The position numbers and the translations under genes are program-made. 64,000 nucleotides of DNA from Mytilus trossulus (taxonomy: Eukaryota), in NCBI RefSeq assembly GCF_036588685.1, contig NC_086383.1:71176001-71240000 (forward strand), given 5' to 3'. The notes below the pieces were generated by a model. The model did not search any database. It saw nothing but the letters and a program-made list of their open reading frames with translations, and was not told where the DNA came from. Shown in pieces: positions 47,457 to 62,676 of the stretch; the first letter of the stretch is position 1; each line of letters begins with the position of its first letter.

Positions 47457-50406
47457 TTTGAATGATTCAAAATATTATCCTTTACGAAGTTTATACTACG
47501 AATAACGATTTGAAAATAACGCCATTCCAGGCCTCGTTTATTTATAACAGACGAACGCGGACCTCGACGAAGACACCCTTAAAAATAACTTGTAAAATCC
47601 ATTACGCGATCTCGGTAAAATGATTATGTGCTTCTTCGAAGACTTTTATGATAATTTATAGTATAATTCTATCAAAAACATTCACATATAGCATACCAAA
47701 TTGCTCAACAGTCATTAATCTTGCATGTTAGATAAACTGTGTATTTTTCGATGTACACAGTAAAAAGATATTAATAGTTAAAGTAGAACCGACTGAATTG
47801 TCTTCGCAGGTATGTTGACAGAAAATTTACGAGTTTTTCTCATTACACAAATATTCTATCGTCGTAAAATTGTACAGCGGAAGAAAAATCATTTCTCTCT
47901 AGGTTTCTTTCCGTTTTTATTCACTGGAAGCATGTTCCTCCTCGTAATAAGTTTGTTTCCAGCTAGAGGGAAACACACAAAAAGTTCACGCGCCATTGTT
48001 TAATTGCAGATTTTTACTAAAACTTCAAATAACATTTTTATTCAACCCGAGCGAAATTTCGCAAACATTCAAGATTCGAATGAACAAACCCAATATCTAG
48101 AATACGAATTTGAAACATCTTTTTATTTAATTTAGCGTTGGGAACTTTTCAGAGAGCGACTTTGTTTTCAGTGGATCTCAGGCACTGAACAACTGTTCTG
48201 TATGATGCACATTCGCTTTTATTTCCATTTTCATGTACAATTTGCGCACTTTCAAGTCAAAAACTCGAATATGTCTTATAGAATATACCATATTTTTCAA
48301 CAAAATATATTTAATTAATTTTATTATCAATAACCGATGATCAGAGCTCAAAGTGGCCTGGCCGCCTGAAAGTTTCGATACAAACAAAAACAAAAACAAA
48401 ACACGAAGATTTTTGTAGTTTTATAATTCGAAAGTGGTACATATCATTTGTATCTTAATGGACAATTACAAAAGTTCATTTATTTCCCCTCAAAAAGGGG
48501 AATGTGTGTCACAGTGAAGACTCTAGCTATACATATGCATTATACCTATATAAGCTATGCAAGTGAACCCAGAACCGGTAACGGGTGAAGCAGCATCCCG
48601 TGACACGGACGATTAAAAAGAGACGGAAGGACAAAAACACATCAGTGTGAACCATTGGACTTTGGGCAAAACATTTTCCCACTGTATTGAACTAAACCGC
48701 CAGCCCCTCCCCCTTTTTCCAAAAAAACAAAATCCGGAGAAAAAAGGGGGGATATATAATAGGGTTCTCTTTTGAAGACATATTAGCATAGCGTTTAATG
48801 GATGTTAGTACAAGATGTAATATGCTGTGTGTGTGGTTTTCTTCTTCATTAAGGCCAAATAAAAAAAAGAATATGTGTGCTTCCTACTCCCTATCTACCT
48901 TATATTTTAAGCTTAGTCATAGCATACCTTAAAGATTTTTTTTTTTTTTATCATTTTCCAATAAGCACAGATTTTCTCAGTCTCCCATGTACGTATATAC
49001 TAGTAGGCTATGTTTGTGTGTGTCGTTAAGGTGCTGTCATTTCAATATGAAAATAAGGAAGGAGATGTGGTATGATTGCCAATGAGACAACTATCCACCA
49101 TAGTTCAAATGAAGTGGATGTAAGCAATTATAGACAACTGTATAGATGATCTTCAAAAATGAGAGAAAAAAACCTATACCGTGAACCTACAATTCACGCG
49201 ATACCTGTTATCAGAGAAATAACTTTTTCTTACTTTTGTACCACTGTCCGTCCATCCATCCTTGTTTTTGTTCATCACAGTAGTCACATGTGACGTCACT
49301 GTATTGTTTCGGGTTGATTCACCTCGCGTGCTGTCGACAGATTAAAAAGACATAGCAAAGATACAGTCAAGTCGTCACACACTAAATAACAGAGAGAAAA
49401 AAGAAGAGAAAAATCACAGGACAACCATTTGAAAGAAACATAGAAACAAGTAGGTGCATTTATTTTATACACGAGTAAAACAAAGGTGAAATTCGAAAGG
49501 TAGAGAATAGTGAAATTTGCATAATAAATCGCAGGTAATAAAATGACAAAATAATTGCAGAACTGTTAAATGTTGAACAAAAACCTCCGTACTTTAGAGT
49601 TTCCTTCTAAATTTTAATACACAATATTATTGTAGTAATTTTGACAAATAATAAATAAAAAAATAAATATATAACAGACAAACGTCACTGCATTCATTTG
49701 CTACTAATCTGATTTTGACGATACGTTATACATCTTTTGTATTGTGTACATTTTAACAGTTTATTTATATAGTACTGAAAAAAAGTACTGAGTTTAATTT
49801 CAGAGTTACCTCCCCATTGACTAGTTGATATGAAATAGTGAGCCAACCTTTGACTTTGCATACGTGTAGAAAAAGTCCAACTAAAAATGTCAGTCAAGTT
49901 GAACACGAAGAAGAAGAGAGAAATGGAAAAACTCATATAATGACAAAAATGATTTTTCGGTTGAAGGTTAGCTGTGTGATTTTGACCCCCTTCCCCCTAA
50001 AAAAAGAGCACAATAAAACCCTAGCATGACTTCCTATTTTCGTAGATTGTCATTCTAACGAAAACTGATTAGAAAAAGTTTTATTCAGTTCTAACAAGTG
50101 CGTGAAAATACACTGATATAACTTTAATGGTGCCTAACTACACAAAAAATATCCAAAACAACAGCTGCATATTTAGGTGTTAGAAATAGTATAGTCATAA
50201 GGAGTGAAATAAAACAAACAATGGAAATAATTTGACCAAAAAAATATTTCAGAGACCAGTGCAAAGTTCAGAGAAAGTAGGGCTCAGCTAGATTTAGTTT
50301 GATAACTAATGTACAACAATTGTAGATTCTTTTTGAATAAATTGGGTAGCCCTTAAAAGGGCTTTTGGTGGCTGAATAGCCTCTGCAGACTGAAGTCTGG
50401 AACAGT

Positions 50407-50982
50407 TTACTTCTTCTTTGGTGTCTTCTTGGCTTTTGGTTTGGCTGCCTTCTTTTTGGCTGGTGACTTGGCTGCTGGCTTCTTTGGCTTGGCTGCTTTC
50501 TTTGCTGCTGGTTTTTTTGCTTTTGGTTTGGCCGCCTTTTTCTCTCCAGCTGGTTTCTTTGCTGCTGGCTTCTTTTTCTTGGGTGTGGTCTTTGCCTTCT
50601 TAGGCTTGGCGGCCTTAGGTTTGGCTGCTTTTTTTGCCTTTGCTGGCTTCTTTTTAACCACTTTAGCCTCTCCAATTCTGAAAGAGCCGGATGCTCCAGT
50701 TCCCTTGGACTGCTTCAAACTGTTGTTCTTAACTCCGGCTCTGAGTGCAAGTTTTAAATGAGCATTTACTGACTTGGCATCTTTTCCGACGTTGAAGTTG
50801 GCCATGATGTACTTCAGAATTGCTTGCCTTGAGGAACCTCCACGTTCTTTCAAAGCGGCGATGGCTTTTCCAATCATCTCGCTGTATTTAGGATGTGCGG
50901 AAGGCTTCTTTGGCTTGGCTGCTGCCTTTTTCTTTGGTGATTTAGCTGGTGCTACTGCTGGTGCTGCTGTTGCGTCTGCCAT
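50407..50982 (-). CDS. H1: Histone H1, copy 16
   Basis: 191-aa ORF identical to copy 2. Confidence 0.99.
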   Translation of the reverse strand: MADATAAPAVAPAKSPKKKAAAKPKKPSAHPKYSEMIGKAIAALKERGGSSRQAILKYIMANFNVGKDAKSVNAHLKLALRAGVKNNSLKQSKGTGASGSFRIGEAKVVKKKPAKAKKAAKPKAAKPKKAKTTPKKKKPAAKKPAGEKKAAKPKAKKPAAKKAAKPKKPAAKSPAKKKAAKPKAKKTPKKK

Positions 50983-53932
50983 TTTGAATGATTCAAAATA
51001 TTATCCTTTACGAAGTTTATACTACGAATAACGATTTGAAAATAACGCCATTCCAGGCCTCGTTTATTTATAACAGACGAACGCGGACCTCGACGAAGAC
51101 ACCCTTAAAAATAACTTGTAAAATCCATTACGCGATCTCGGTAAAATGATTATGTGCTTCTTCGAAGACTTTTATGATAATTTATAGTATAATTCTATCA
51201 AAAACATTCACATATAGCATACCAAATTGCTCAACAGTCATTAATCTTGCATGTTAGATAAACTGTGTATTTTTCGATGTACACAGTAAAAAGATATTAA
51301 TAGTTAAAGTAGAACCGACTGAATTGTCTTCGCAGGTATGTTGACAGAAAATTTACGAGTTTTTCTCATTACACAAATATTCTATCGTCGTAAAATTGTA
51401 CAGCGGAAGAAAAATCATTTCTCTCTAGGTTTCTTTCCGTTTTTATTCACTGGAAGCATGTTCCTCCTCGTAATAAGTTTGTTTCCAGCTAGAGGGAAAC
51501 ACACAAAAAGTTCACGCGCCATTGTTTAATTGCAGATTTTTACTAAAACTTCAAATAACATTTTTATTCAACCCGAGCGAAATTTCGCAAACATTCAAGA
51601 TTCGAATGAACAAACCCAATATCTAGAATACGAATTTGAAACATCTTTTTATTTAATTTAGCGTTGGGAACTTTTCAGAGAGCGACTTTGTTTTCAGTGG
51701 ATCTCAGGCACTGAACAACTGTTCTGTATGATGCACATTCGCTTTTATTTCCATTTTCATGTACAATTTGCGCACTTTCAAGTCAAAAACTCGAATATGT
51801 CTTATAGAATATACCATATTTTTCAACAAAATATATTTAATTAATTTTATTATCAATAACCGATGATCAGAGCTCAAAGTGGCCTGGCCGCCTGAAAGTT
51901 TCGATACAAACAAAAACAAAAACAAAACACGAAGATTTTTGTAGTTTTATAATTCGAAAGTGGTACATATCATTTGTATCTTAATGGACAATTACAAAAG
52001 TTCATTTATTTCCCCTCAAAAAGGGGAATGTGTGTCACAGTGAAGACTCTAGCTATACATATGCATTATACCTATATAAGCTATGCAAGTGAACCCAGAA
52101 CCGGTAACGGGTGAAGCAGCATCCCGTGACACGGACGATTAAAAAGAGACGGAAGGACAAAAACACATCAGTGTGAACCATTGGACTTTGGGCAAAACAT
52201 TTTCCCACTGTATTGAACTAAACCGCCAGCCCCTCCCCCTTTTTCCAAAAAAACAAAATCCGGAGAAAAAAGGGGGGATATATAATAGGGTTCTCTTTTG
52301 AAGACATATTAGCATAGCGTTTAATGGATGTTAGTACAAGATGTAATATGCTGTGTGTGTGGTTTTCTTCTTCATTAAGGCCAAATAAAAAAAAGAATAT
52401 GTGTGCTTCCTACTCCCTATCTACCTTATATTTTAAGCTTAGTCATAGCATACCTTAAAGATTTTTTTTTTTTTATCATTTTCCAATAAGCACAGATTTT
52501 CTCAGTCTCCCATGTACGTATATACTAGTAGGCTATGTTTGTGTGTGTCGTTAAGGTGCTGTCATTTCAATATGAAAATAAGGAAGGAGATGTGGTATGA
52601 TTGCCAATGAGACAACTATCCACCATAGTTCAAATGAAGTGGATGTAAGCAATTATAGACAACTGTATAGATGATCTTCAAAAATGAGAGAAAAAAACCT
52701 ATACCGTGAACCTACAATTCACGCGATACCTGTTATCAGAGAAATAACTTTTTCTTACTTTTGTACCACTGTCCGTCCATCCATCCTTGTTTTTGTTCAT
52801 CACAGTAGTCACATGTGACGTCACTGTATTGTTTCGGGTTGATTCACCTCGCGTGCTGTCGACAGATTAAAAAGACATAGCAAAGATACAGTCAAGTCGT
52901 CACACACTAAATAACAGAGAGAAAAAAGAAGAGAAAAATCACAGGACAACCATTTGAAAGAAACATAGAAACAAGTAGGTGCATTTATTTTATACACGAG
53001 TAAAACAAAGGTGAAATTCGAAAGGTAGAGAATAGTGAAATTTGCATAATAAATCGCAGGTAATAAAATGACAAAATAATTGCAGAACTGTTAAATGTTG
53101 AACAAAAACCTCCGTACTTTAGAGTTTCCTTCTAAATTTTAATACACAATATTATTGTAGTAATTTTGACAAATAATAAATAAAAAAATAAATATATAAC
53201 AGACAAACGTCACTGCATTCATTTGCTACTAATCTGATTTTGACGATACGTTATACATCTTTTGTATTGTGTACATTTTAACAGTTTATTTATATAGTAC
53301 TGAAAAAAAGTACTGAGTTTAATTTCAGAGTTACCTCCCCATTGACTAGTTGATATGAAATAGTGAGCCAACCTTTGACTTTGCATACGTGTAGAAAAAG
53401 TCCAACTAAAAATGTCAGTCAAGTTGAACACGAAGAAGAAGAGAGAAATGGAAAAACTCATATAATGACAAAAATGATTTTTCGGTTGAAGGTTAGCTGT
53501 GTGATTTTGACCCCCCTTCCCCCTAAAAAAAGAGCACAATAAAACCCTAGCATGACTTCCTATTTTCGTAGATTGTCATTCTAACGAAAACTGATTAGAA
53601 AAAGTTTTATTCAGTTCTAACAAGTGCGTGAAAATACACTGATATAACTTTAATGGTGCCTAACTACACAAAAAATATCCAAAACAACAGCTGCATATTT
53701 AGGTGTTAGAAATAGTATAGTCATAAGGAGTGAAATAAAACAAACAATGGAAATAATTTGACCAAAAAAATATTTCAGAGACCAGTGCAAAGTTCAGAGA
53801 AAGTAGGGCTCAGCTAGATTTAGTTTGATAACTAATGTACAACAATTGTAGATTCTTTTTGAATAAATTGGGTAGCCCTTAAAAGGGCTTTTGGTGGCTG
53901 AATAGCCTCTGCAGACTGAAGTCTGGAACAGT

Positions 53933-54508
53933 TTACTTCTTCTTTGGTGTCTTCTTGGCTTTTGGTTTGGCTGCCTTCTTTTTGGCTGGTGACTTGGCTG
54001 CTGGCTTCTTTGGCTTGGCTGCTTTCTTTGCTGCTGGTTTTTTTGCTTTTGGTTTGGCCGCCTTTTTCTCTCCAGCTGGTTTCTTTGCTGCTGGCTTCTT
54101 TTTCTTGGGTGTGGTCTTTGCCTTCTTAGGCTTGGCGGCCTTAGGTTTGGCTGCTTTTTTTGCCTTTGCTGGCTTCTTTTTAACCACTTTAGCCTCTCCA
54201 ATTCTGAAAGAGCCGGATGCTCCAGTTCCCTTGGACTGCTTCAAACTGTTGTTCTTAACTCCGGCTCTGAGTGCAAGTTTTAAATGAGCATTTACTGACT
54301 TGGCATCTTTTCCGACGTTGAAGTTGGCCATGATGTACTTCAGAATTGCTTGCCTTGAGGAACCTCCACGTTCTTTCAAAGCGGCGATGGCTTTTCCAAT
54401 CATCTCGCTGTATTTAGGATGTGCGGAAGGCTTCTTTGGCTTGGCTGCTGCCTTTTTCTTTGGTGATTTAGCTGGTGCTACTGCTGGTGCTGCTGTTGCG
54501 TCTGCCAT
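53933..54508 (-). CDS. H1: Histone H1, copy 17
   Basis: 191-aa ORF identical to copy 2. Confidence 0.99.
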   Translation of the reverse strand: MADATAAPAVAPAKSPKKKAAAKPKKPSAHPKYSEMIGKAIAALKERGGSSRQAILKYIMANFNVGKDAKSVNAHLKLALRAGVKNNSLKQSKGTGASGSFRIGEAKVVKKKPAKAKKAAKPKAAKPKKAKTTPKKKKPAAKKPAGEKKAAKPKAKKPAAKKAAKPKKPAAKSPAKKKAAKPKAKKTPKKK

Positions 54509-57166
54509 TTTGAATGATTCAAAATATTATCCTTTACGAAGTTTATACTACGAATAACGATTTGAAAATAACGCCATTCCAGGCCTCGTTTATTTATAAC
54601 AGACGAACGCGGACCTCGACGAAGACACCCTTAAAAATAACTTGTAAAATCCATTACGCGATCTCGGTAAAATGATTATGTGCTTCTTCGAAGACTTTTA
54701 TGATAATTTATAGTATAATTCTATCAAAAACATTCACATATAGCATACCAAATTGCTCAACAGTCATTAATCTTGCATGTTAGATAAACTGTGTATTTTT
54801 CGATGTACACAGTAAAAAGATATTAATAGTTAAAGTAGAACCGACTGAATTGTCTTCGCAGGTATGTTGACAGAAAATTTACGAGTTTTTCTCATTACAC
54901 AAATATTCTATCGTCGTAAAATTGTACAGCGGAAGAAAAATCATTTCTCTCTAGGTTTCTTTCCGTTTTTATTCACTGGAAGCATGTTCCTCCTCGTAAT
55001 AAGTTTGTTTCCAGCTAGAGGGAAACACACAAAAAGTTCACGCGCCATTGTTTAATTGCAGATTTTTACTAAAACTTCAAATAACATTTTTATTCAACCC
55101 GAGCGAAATTTCGCAAACATTCAAGATTCGAATGAACAAACCCAATATCTAGAATACGAATTTGAAACATCTTTTTATTTAATTTAGCGTTGGGAACTTT
55201 TCAGAGAGCGACTTTGTTTTCAGTGGATCTCAGGCACTGAACAACTGTTCTGTATGATGCACATTCGCTTTTATTTCCATTTTCATGTACAATTTGCGCA
55301 CTTTCAAGTCAAAAACTCGAATATGTCTTATAGAATATACCATATTTTTCAACAAAATATATTTAATTAATTTTATTATCAATAACCGATGATCAGAGCT
55401 CAAAGTGGCCTGGCCGCCTGAAAGTTTCGATACAAACAAAAACAAAAACAAAACACGAAGATTTTTGTAGTTTTATAATTCGAAAGTGGTACATATCATT
55501 TGTATCTTAATGGACAATTACAAAAGTTCATTTATTTCCCCTCAAAAAGGGGAATGTGTGTCACAGTGAAGACTCTAGCTATACATATGCATTATACCTA
55601 TATAAGCTATGCAAGTGAACCCAGAACCGGTAACGGGTGAAGCAGCATCCCGTGACACGGACGATTAAAAAGAGACGGAAGGACAAAAACACATCAGTGT
55701 GAACCATTGGACTTTGGGCAAAACATTTTCCCACTGTATTGAACTAAACCGCCAGCCCCTCCCCCTTTTTCCAAAAAAACAAAATCCGGAGAAAAAAGGG
55801 GGGATATATAATAGGGTTCTCTTTTGAAGACATATTAGCATAGCGTTTAATGGATGTTAGTACAAGATGTAATATGCTGTGTGTGTGGTTTTCTTCTTCA
55901 TTAAGGCCAAATAAAAAAAAGAATATGTGTGCTTCCTACTCCCTATCTACCTTATATTTTAAGCTTAGTCATAGCATACCTTAAAGATTTTTTTTTTTTT
56001 TATCATTTTCCAATAAGCACAGATTTTCTCAGTCTCCCATGTACGTATATACTAGTAGGCTATGTTTGTGTGTGTCGTTAAGGTGCTGTCATTTCAATAT
56101 GAAAATAAGGAAGGAGATGTGGTATGATTGCCAATGAGACAACTATCCACCATAGTTCAAATGAAGTGGATGTAAGCAATTATAGACAACTGTATAGATG
56201 ATCTTCAAAAATGAGAGAAAAAAACCTATACCGTGAACCTACAATTCACGCGATACCTGTTATCAGAGAAATAACTTTTTCTTACTTTTGTACCACTGTC
56301 CGTCCATCCATCCTTGTTTTTGTTCATCACAGTAGTCACATGTGACGTCACTGTATTGTTTCGGGTTGATTCACCTCGCGTGCTGTCGACAGATTAAAAA
56401 GACATAGCAAAGATACAGTCAAGTCGTCACACACTAAATAACAGAGAGAAAAAAGAAGAGAAAAATCACAGGACAACCATTTGAAAGAAACATAGAAACA
56501 AGTAGGTGCATTTATTTTATACACGAGTAAAACAAAGGTGAAATTCGAAAGGTAGAGAATAGTGAAATTTGCATAATAAATCGCAGGTAATAAAATGACA
56601 AAATAATTGCAGAACTGTTAAATGTTGAACAAAAACCTCCGTACTTTAGAGTTTCCTTCTAAATTTTAATACACAATATTATTGTAGTAATTTTGACAAA
56701 TAATAAATAAAAAAATAAATATATAACAGACAAACGTCACTGCATTCATTTGCTACTAATCTGATTTTGACGATACGTTATACATCTTTTGTATTGTGTA
56801 CATTTTAACAGTTTATTTATATAGTACTGAAAAAAAGTACTGAGTTTAATTTCAGAGTTACCTCCCCATTGACTAGTTGATATGAAATAGTGAGCCAACC
56901 TTTGACTTTGCATACGTGTAGAAAAAGTCCAACTAAAAATGTCAGTCAAGTTGAACACGAAGAAGAAGAGAGAAATGGAAAAACTCATATAATGACAAAA
57001 ATGATTTTTCGGTTGAAGGTTAGCTGTGTGATTTTGACCCCCTTCCCCCTAAAAAAAGAGCACAATAAAACCCTAGCATGACTTCCTATTTTCGTAGATT
57101 GTCATTCTAACGAAAACTGATTAGAAAAAGTTTTATTCAGTTCTAACAAGTGCGTGAAAATACACT

Positions 57167-57266
57167 NNNNNNNNNNNNNNNNNNNNNNNNNNNNNNNNNN
57201 NNNNNNNNNNNNNNNNNNNNNNNNNNNNNNNNNNNNNNNNNNNNNNNNNNNNNNNNNNNNNNNNNN
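57167..57266. other. Assembly gap (100 N); array orientation switches from - to +
   Basis: Exactly 100 N. Genes are on - to the left and on + to the right. Confidence 0.99.
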
Positions 57267-59150
57267 TGTCGACAGCACGCGAGGTGAATCAACCCGAAAC
57301 AATACAGTGACGTCACATGTGACTACTGTGATGAACAAAAACAAGGATGGATGGACGGACAGTGGTACAAAAGTAAGAAAAAGTTATTTCTCTGATAACA
57401 GGTATCGCGTGAATTGTAGGTTCACGGTATAGGTTTTTTTCTCTCATTTTTGAAGATCATCTATACAGTTGTCTATAATTGCTTACATCCACTTCATTTG
57501 AACTATGGTGGATAGTTGTCTCATTGGCAATCATACCACATCTCCTTCCTTATTTTCATATTGAAATGACAGCACCTTAACGACACACACAAACATAGCC
57601 TACTAGTATATACGTACATGGGAGACTGAGAAAATCTGTGCTTATTGGAAAATGATAAAAAAAAAAAAAATCTTTAAGGTATGCTATGACTAAGCTTAAA
57701 ATATAAGGTAGATAGGGAGTAGGAAGCACACATATTCTTTTTTTTATTTGGCCTTAATGAAGAAGAAAACCACACACACAGCATATTACATCTTGTACTA
57801 ACATCCATTAAACGCTATGCTAATATGTCTTCAAAAGAGAACCCTATTATATATCCCCCCTTTTTTCTCCGGATTTTGTTTTTTTGGAAAAAGGGGGAGG
57901 GGCTGGCGGTTTAGTTCAATACAGTGGGAAAATGTTTTGCCCAAAGTCCAATGGTTCACACTGATGTGTTTTTGTCCTTCCGTCTCTTTTTAATCGTCCG
58001 TGTCACGGGATGCTGCTTCACCCCGTTACCGGTTCTGGGTTCACTTGCATAGCTTATATAGGTATAATGCATATGTATAGCTAGAGTCTTCACTGTGACA
58101 CACATTCCCCTTTTTGAGGGGAAATAAATGAACTTTTGTAATTGTCCATTAAGATACAAATGATATGTACCACTTTCGAATTATAAAACTACAAAAATCT
58201 TCGTGTTTTGTTTTTGTTTTTGTTTGTATCGAAACTTTCAGGCGGCCAGGCCACTTTGAGCTCTGATCATCGGTTATTGATAATAAAATTAATTAAATAT
58301 ATTTTGTTGAAAAATATGGTATATTCTATAAGACATATTCGAGTTTTTGACTTGAAAGTGCGCAAATTGTACATGAAAATGGAAATAAAAGCGAATGTGC
58401 ATCATACAGAACAGTTGTTCAGTGCCTGAGATCCACTGAAAACAAAGTCGCTCTCTGAAAAGTTCCCAACGCTAAATTAAATAAAAAGATGTTTCAAATT
58501 CGTATTCTAGATATTGGGTTTGTTCATTCGAATCTTGAATGTTTGCGAAATTTCGCTCGGGTTGAATAAAAATGTTATTTGAAGTTTTAGTAAAAATCTG
58601 CAATTAAACAATGGCGCGTGAACTTTTTGTGTGTTTCCCTCTAGCTGGAAACAAACTTATTACGAGGAGGAACATGCTTCCAGTGAATAAAAACGGAAAG
58701 AAACCTAGAGAGAAATGATTTTTCTTCCGCTGTACAATTTTACGACGATAGAATATTTGTGTAATGAGAAAAACTCGTAAATTTTCTGTCAACATACCTG
58801 CGAAGACAATTCAGTCGGTTCTACTTTAACTATTAATATCTTTTTACTGTGTACATCGAAAAATACACAGTTTATCTAACATGCAAGATTAATGACTGTT
58901 GAGCAATTTGGTATGCTATATGTGAATGTTTTTGATAGAATTATACTATAAATTATCATAAAAGTCTTCGAAGAAGCACATAATCATTTTACCGAGATCG
59001 CGTAATGGATTTTACAAGTTATTTTTAAGGGTGTCTTCGTCGAGGTCCGCGTTCGTCTGTTATAAATAAACGAGGCCTGGAATGGCGTTATTTTCAAATC
59101 GTTATTCGTAGTATAAACTTCGTAAAGGATAATATTTTGAATCATTCAAA

Positions 59151-59726
59151 ATGGCAGACGCAACAGCAGCACCAGCAGTAGCACCAGCTAAATCACCAAA
59201 GAAAAAGGCAGCAGCCAAGCCAAAGAAGCCTTCCGCACATCCTAAATACAGCGAGATGATTGGAAAAGCCATCGCCGCTTTGAAAGAACGTGGAGGTTCC
59301 TCAAGGCAAGCAATTCTGAAGTACATCATGGCCAACTTCAACGTCGGAAAAGATGCCAAGTCAGTAAATGCTCATTTAAAACTTGCACTCAGAGCCGGAG
59401 TTAAGAACAACAGTTTGAAGCAGTCCAAGGGAACTGGAGCATCCGGCTCTTTCAGAATTGGAGAGGCTAAAGTGGTTAAAAAGAAGCCAGCAAAGGCAAA
59501 AAAAGCAGCCAAACCTAAGGCCGCCAAGCCTAAGAAGGCAAAGACCACACCCAAGAAAAAGAAGCCAGCAGCAAAGAAACCAGCTGGAGAGAAAAAGGCG
59601 GCCAAACCAAAAGCAAAAAAACCAGCAGCAAAGAAAGCAGCCAAGCCAAAGAAGCCAGCAGCCAAGTCACCAGCCAAAAAGAAGGCAGCCAAACCAAAAG
59701 CCAAGAAGACACCAAAGAAGAAGTAA
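59151..59726 (+). CDS. H1: Histone H1, copy 18
   Basis: 191-aa ORF identical to copy 2. Confidence 0.99.
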   Translation: MADATAAPAVAPAKSPKKKAAAKPKKPSAHPKYSEMIGKAIAALKERGGSSRQAILKYIMANFNVGKDAKSVNAHLKLALRAGVKNNSLKQSKGTGASGSFRIGEAKVVKKKPAKAKKAAKPKAAKPKKAKTTPKKKKPAAKKPAGEKKAAKPKAKKPAAKKAAKPKKPAAKSPAKKKAAKPKAKKTPKKK

Positions 59727-62676
59727 ACTGTTCCAGACTTCAGTCTGCAGAGGCTATTCAGCCACCAAAAGCCCTTTTAAGGGCTACCCAATTTATTCAA
59801 AAAGAATCTACAATTGTTGTACATTAGTTATCAAACTAAATCTAGCTGAGCCCTACTTTCTCTGAACTTTGCACTGGTCTCTGAAATATTTTTTTGGTCA
59901 AATTATTTCCATTGTTTGTTTTATTTCACTCCTTATGACTATACTATTTCTAACACCTAAATATGCAGCTGTTGTTTTGGATATTTTTTGTGTAGTTAGG
60001 CACCATTAAAGTTATATCAGTGTATTTTCACGCACTTGTTAGAACTGAATAAAACTTTTTCTAATCAGTTTTCGTTAGAATGACAATCTACGAAAATAGG
60101 AAGTCATGCTAGGGTTTTATTGTGCTCTTTTTTTAGGGGGAAGGGGGTCAAAATCACACAGCTAACCTTCAACCGAAAAATCATTTTTGTCATTATATGA
60201 GTTTTTCCATTTCTCTCTTCTTCTTCGTGTTCAACTTGACTGACATTTTTAGTTGGACTTTTTCTACACGTATGCAAAGTCAAAGGTTGGCTCACTATTT
60301 CATATCAACTAGTCAATGGGGAGGTAACTCTGAAATTAAACTCAGTACTTTTTTTCAGTACTATATAAATAAACTGTTAAAATGTACACAATACAAAAGA
60401 TGTATAACGTATCGTCAAAATCAGATTAGTAGCAAATGAATGCAGTGACGTTTGTCTGTTATATATTTATTTTTTTATTTATTATTTGTCAAAATTACTA
60501 CAATAATATTGTGTATTAAAATTTAGAAGGAAACTCTAAAGTACGGAGGTTTTTGTTCAACATTTAACAGTTCTGCAATTATTTTGTCATTTTATTACCT
60601 GCGATTTATTATGCAAATTTCACTATTCTCTACCTTTCGAATTTCACCTTTGTTTTACTCGTGTATAAAATAAATGCACCTACTTGTTTCTATGTTTCTT
60701 TCAAATGGTTGTCCTGTGATTTTTCTCTTCTTTTTTCTCTCTGTTATTTAGTGTGTGACGACTTGACTGTATCTTTGCTATGTCTTTTTAATCTGTCGAC
60801 AGCACGCGAGGTGAATCAACCCGAAACAATACAGTGACGTCACATGTGACTACTGTGATGAACAAAAACAAGGATGGATGGACGGACAGTGGTACAAAAG
60901 TAAGAAAAAGTTATTTCTCTGATAACAGGTATCGCGTGAATTGTAGGTTCACGGTATAGGTTTTTTTCTCTCATTTTTGAAGATCATCTATACAGTTGTC
61001 TATAATTGCTTACATCCACTTCATTTGAACTATGGTGGATAGTTGTCTCATTGGCAATCATACCACATCTCCTTCCTTATTTTCATATTGAAATGACAGC
61101 ACCTTAACGACACACACAAACATAGCCTACTAGTATATACGTACATGGGAGACTGAGAAAATCTGTGCTTATTGGAAAATGATAAAAAAAAAAAAAATCT
61201 TTAAGGTATGCTATGACTAAGCTTAAAATATAAGGTAGATAGGGAGTAGGAAGCACACATATTCTTTTTTTTATTTGGCCTTAATGAAGAAGAAAACCAC
61301 ACACACAGCATATTACATCTTGTACTAACATCCATTAAACGCTATGCTAATATGTCTTCAAAAGAGAACCCTATTATATATCCCCCCTTTTTTCTCCGGA
61401 TTTTGTTTTTTTGGAAAAAGGGGGAGGGGCTGGCGGTTTAGTTCAATACAGTGGGAAAATGTTTTGCCCAAAGTCCAATGGTTCACACTGATGTGTTTTT
61501 GTCCTTCCGTCTCTTTTTAATCGTCCGTGTCACGGGATGCTGCTTCACCCGTTACCGGTTCTGGGTTCACTTGCATAGCTTATATAGGTATAATGCATAT
61601 GTATAGCTAGAGTCTTCACTGTGACACACATTCCCCTTTTTGAGGGGAAATAAATGAACTTTTGTAATTGTCCATTAAGATACAAATGATATGTACCACT
61701 TTCGAATTATAAAACTACAAAAATCTTCGTGTTTTGTTTTTGTTTTTGTTTGTATCGAAACTTTCAGGCGGCCAGGCCACTTTGAGCTCTGATCATCGGT
61801 TATTGATAATAAAATTAATTAAATATATTTTGTTGAAAAATATGGTATATTCTATAAGACATATTCGAGTTTTTGACTTGAAAGTGCGCAAATTGTACAT
61901 GAAAATGGAAATAAAAGCGAATGTGCATCATACAGAACAGTTGTTCAGTGCCTGAGATCCACTGAAAACAAAGTCGCTCTCTGAAAAGTTCCCAACGCTA
62001 AATTAAATAAAAAGATGTTTCAAATTCGTATTCTAGATATTGGGTTTGTTCATTCGAATCTTGAATGTTTGCGAAATTTCGCTCGGGTTGAATAAAAATG
62101 TTATTTGAAGTTTTAGTAAAAATCTGCAATTAAACAATGGCGCGTGAACTTTTTGTGTGTTTCCCTCTAGCTGGAAACAAACTTATTACGAGGAGGAACA
62201 TGCTTCCAGTGAATAAAAACGGAAAGAAACCTAGAGAGAAATGATTTTTCTTCCGCTGTACAATTTTACGACGATAGAATATTTGTGTAATGAGAAAAAC
62301 TCGTAAATTTTCTGTCAACATACCTGCGAAGACAATTCAGTCGGTTCTACTTTAACTATTAATATCTTTTTACTGTGTACATCGAAAAATACACAGTTTA
62401 TCTAACATGCAAGATTAATGACTGTTGAGCAATTTGGTATGCTATATGTGAATGTTTTTGATAGAATTATACTATAAATTATCATAAAAGTCTTCGAAGA
62501 AGCACATAATCATTTTACCGAGATCGCGTAATGGATTTTACAAGTTATTTTTAAGGGTGTCTTCGTCGAGGTCCGCGTTCGTCTGTTATAAATAAACGAG
62601 GCCTGGAATGGCGTTATTTTCAAATCGTTATTCGTAGTATAAACTTCGTAAAGGATAATATTTTGAATCATTCAAA

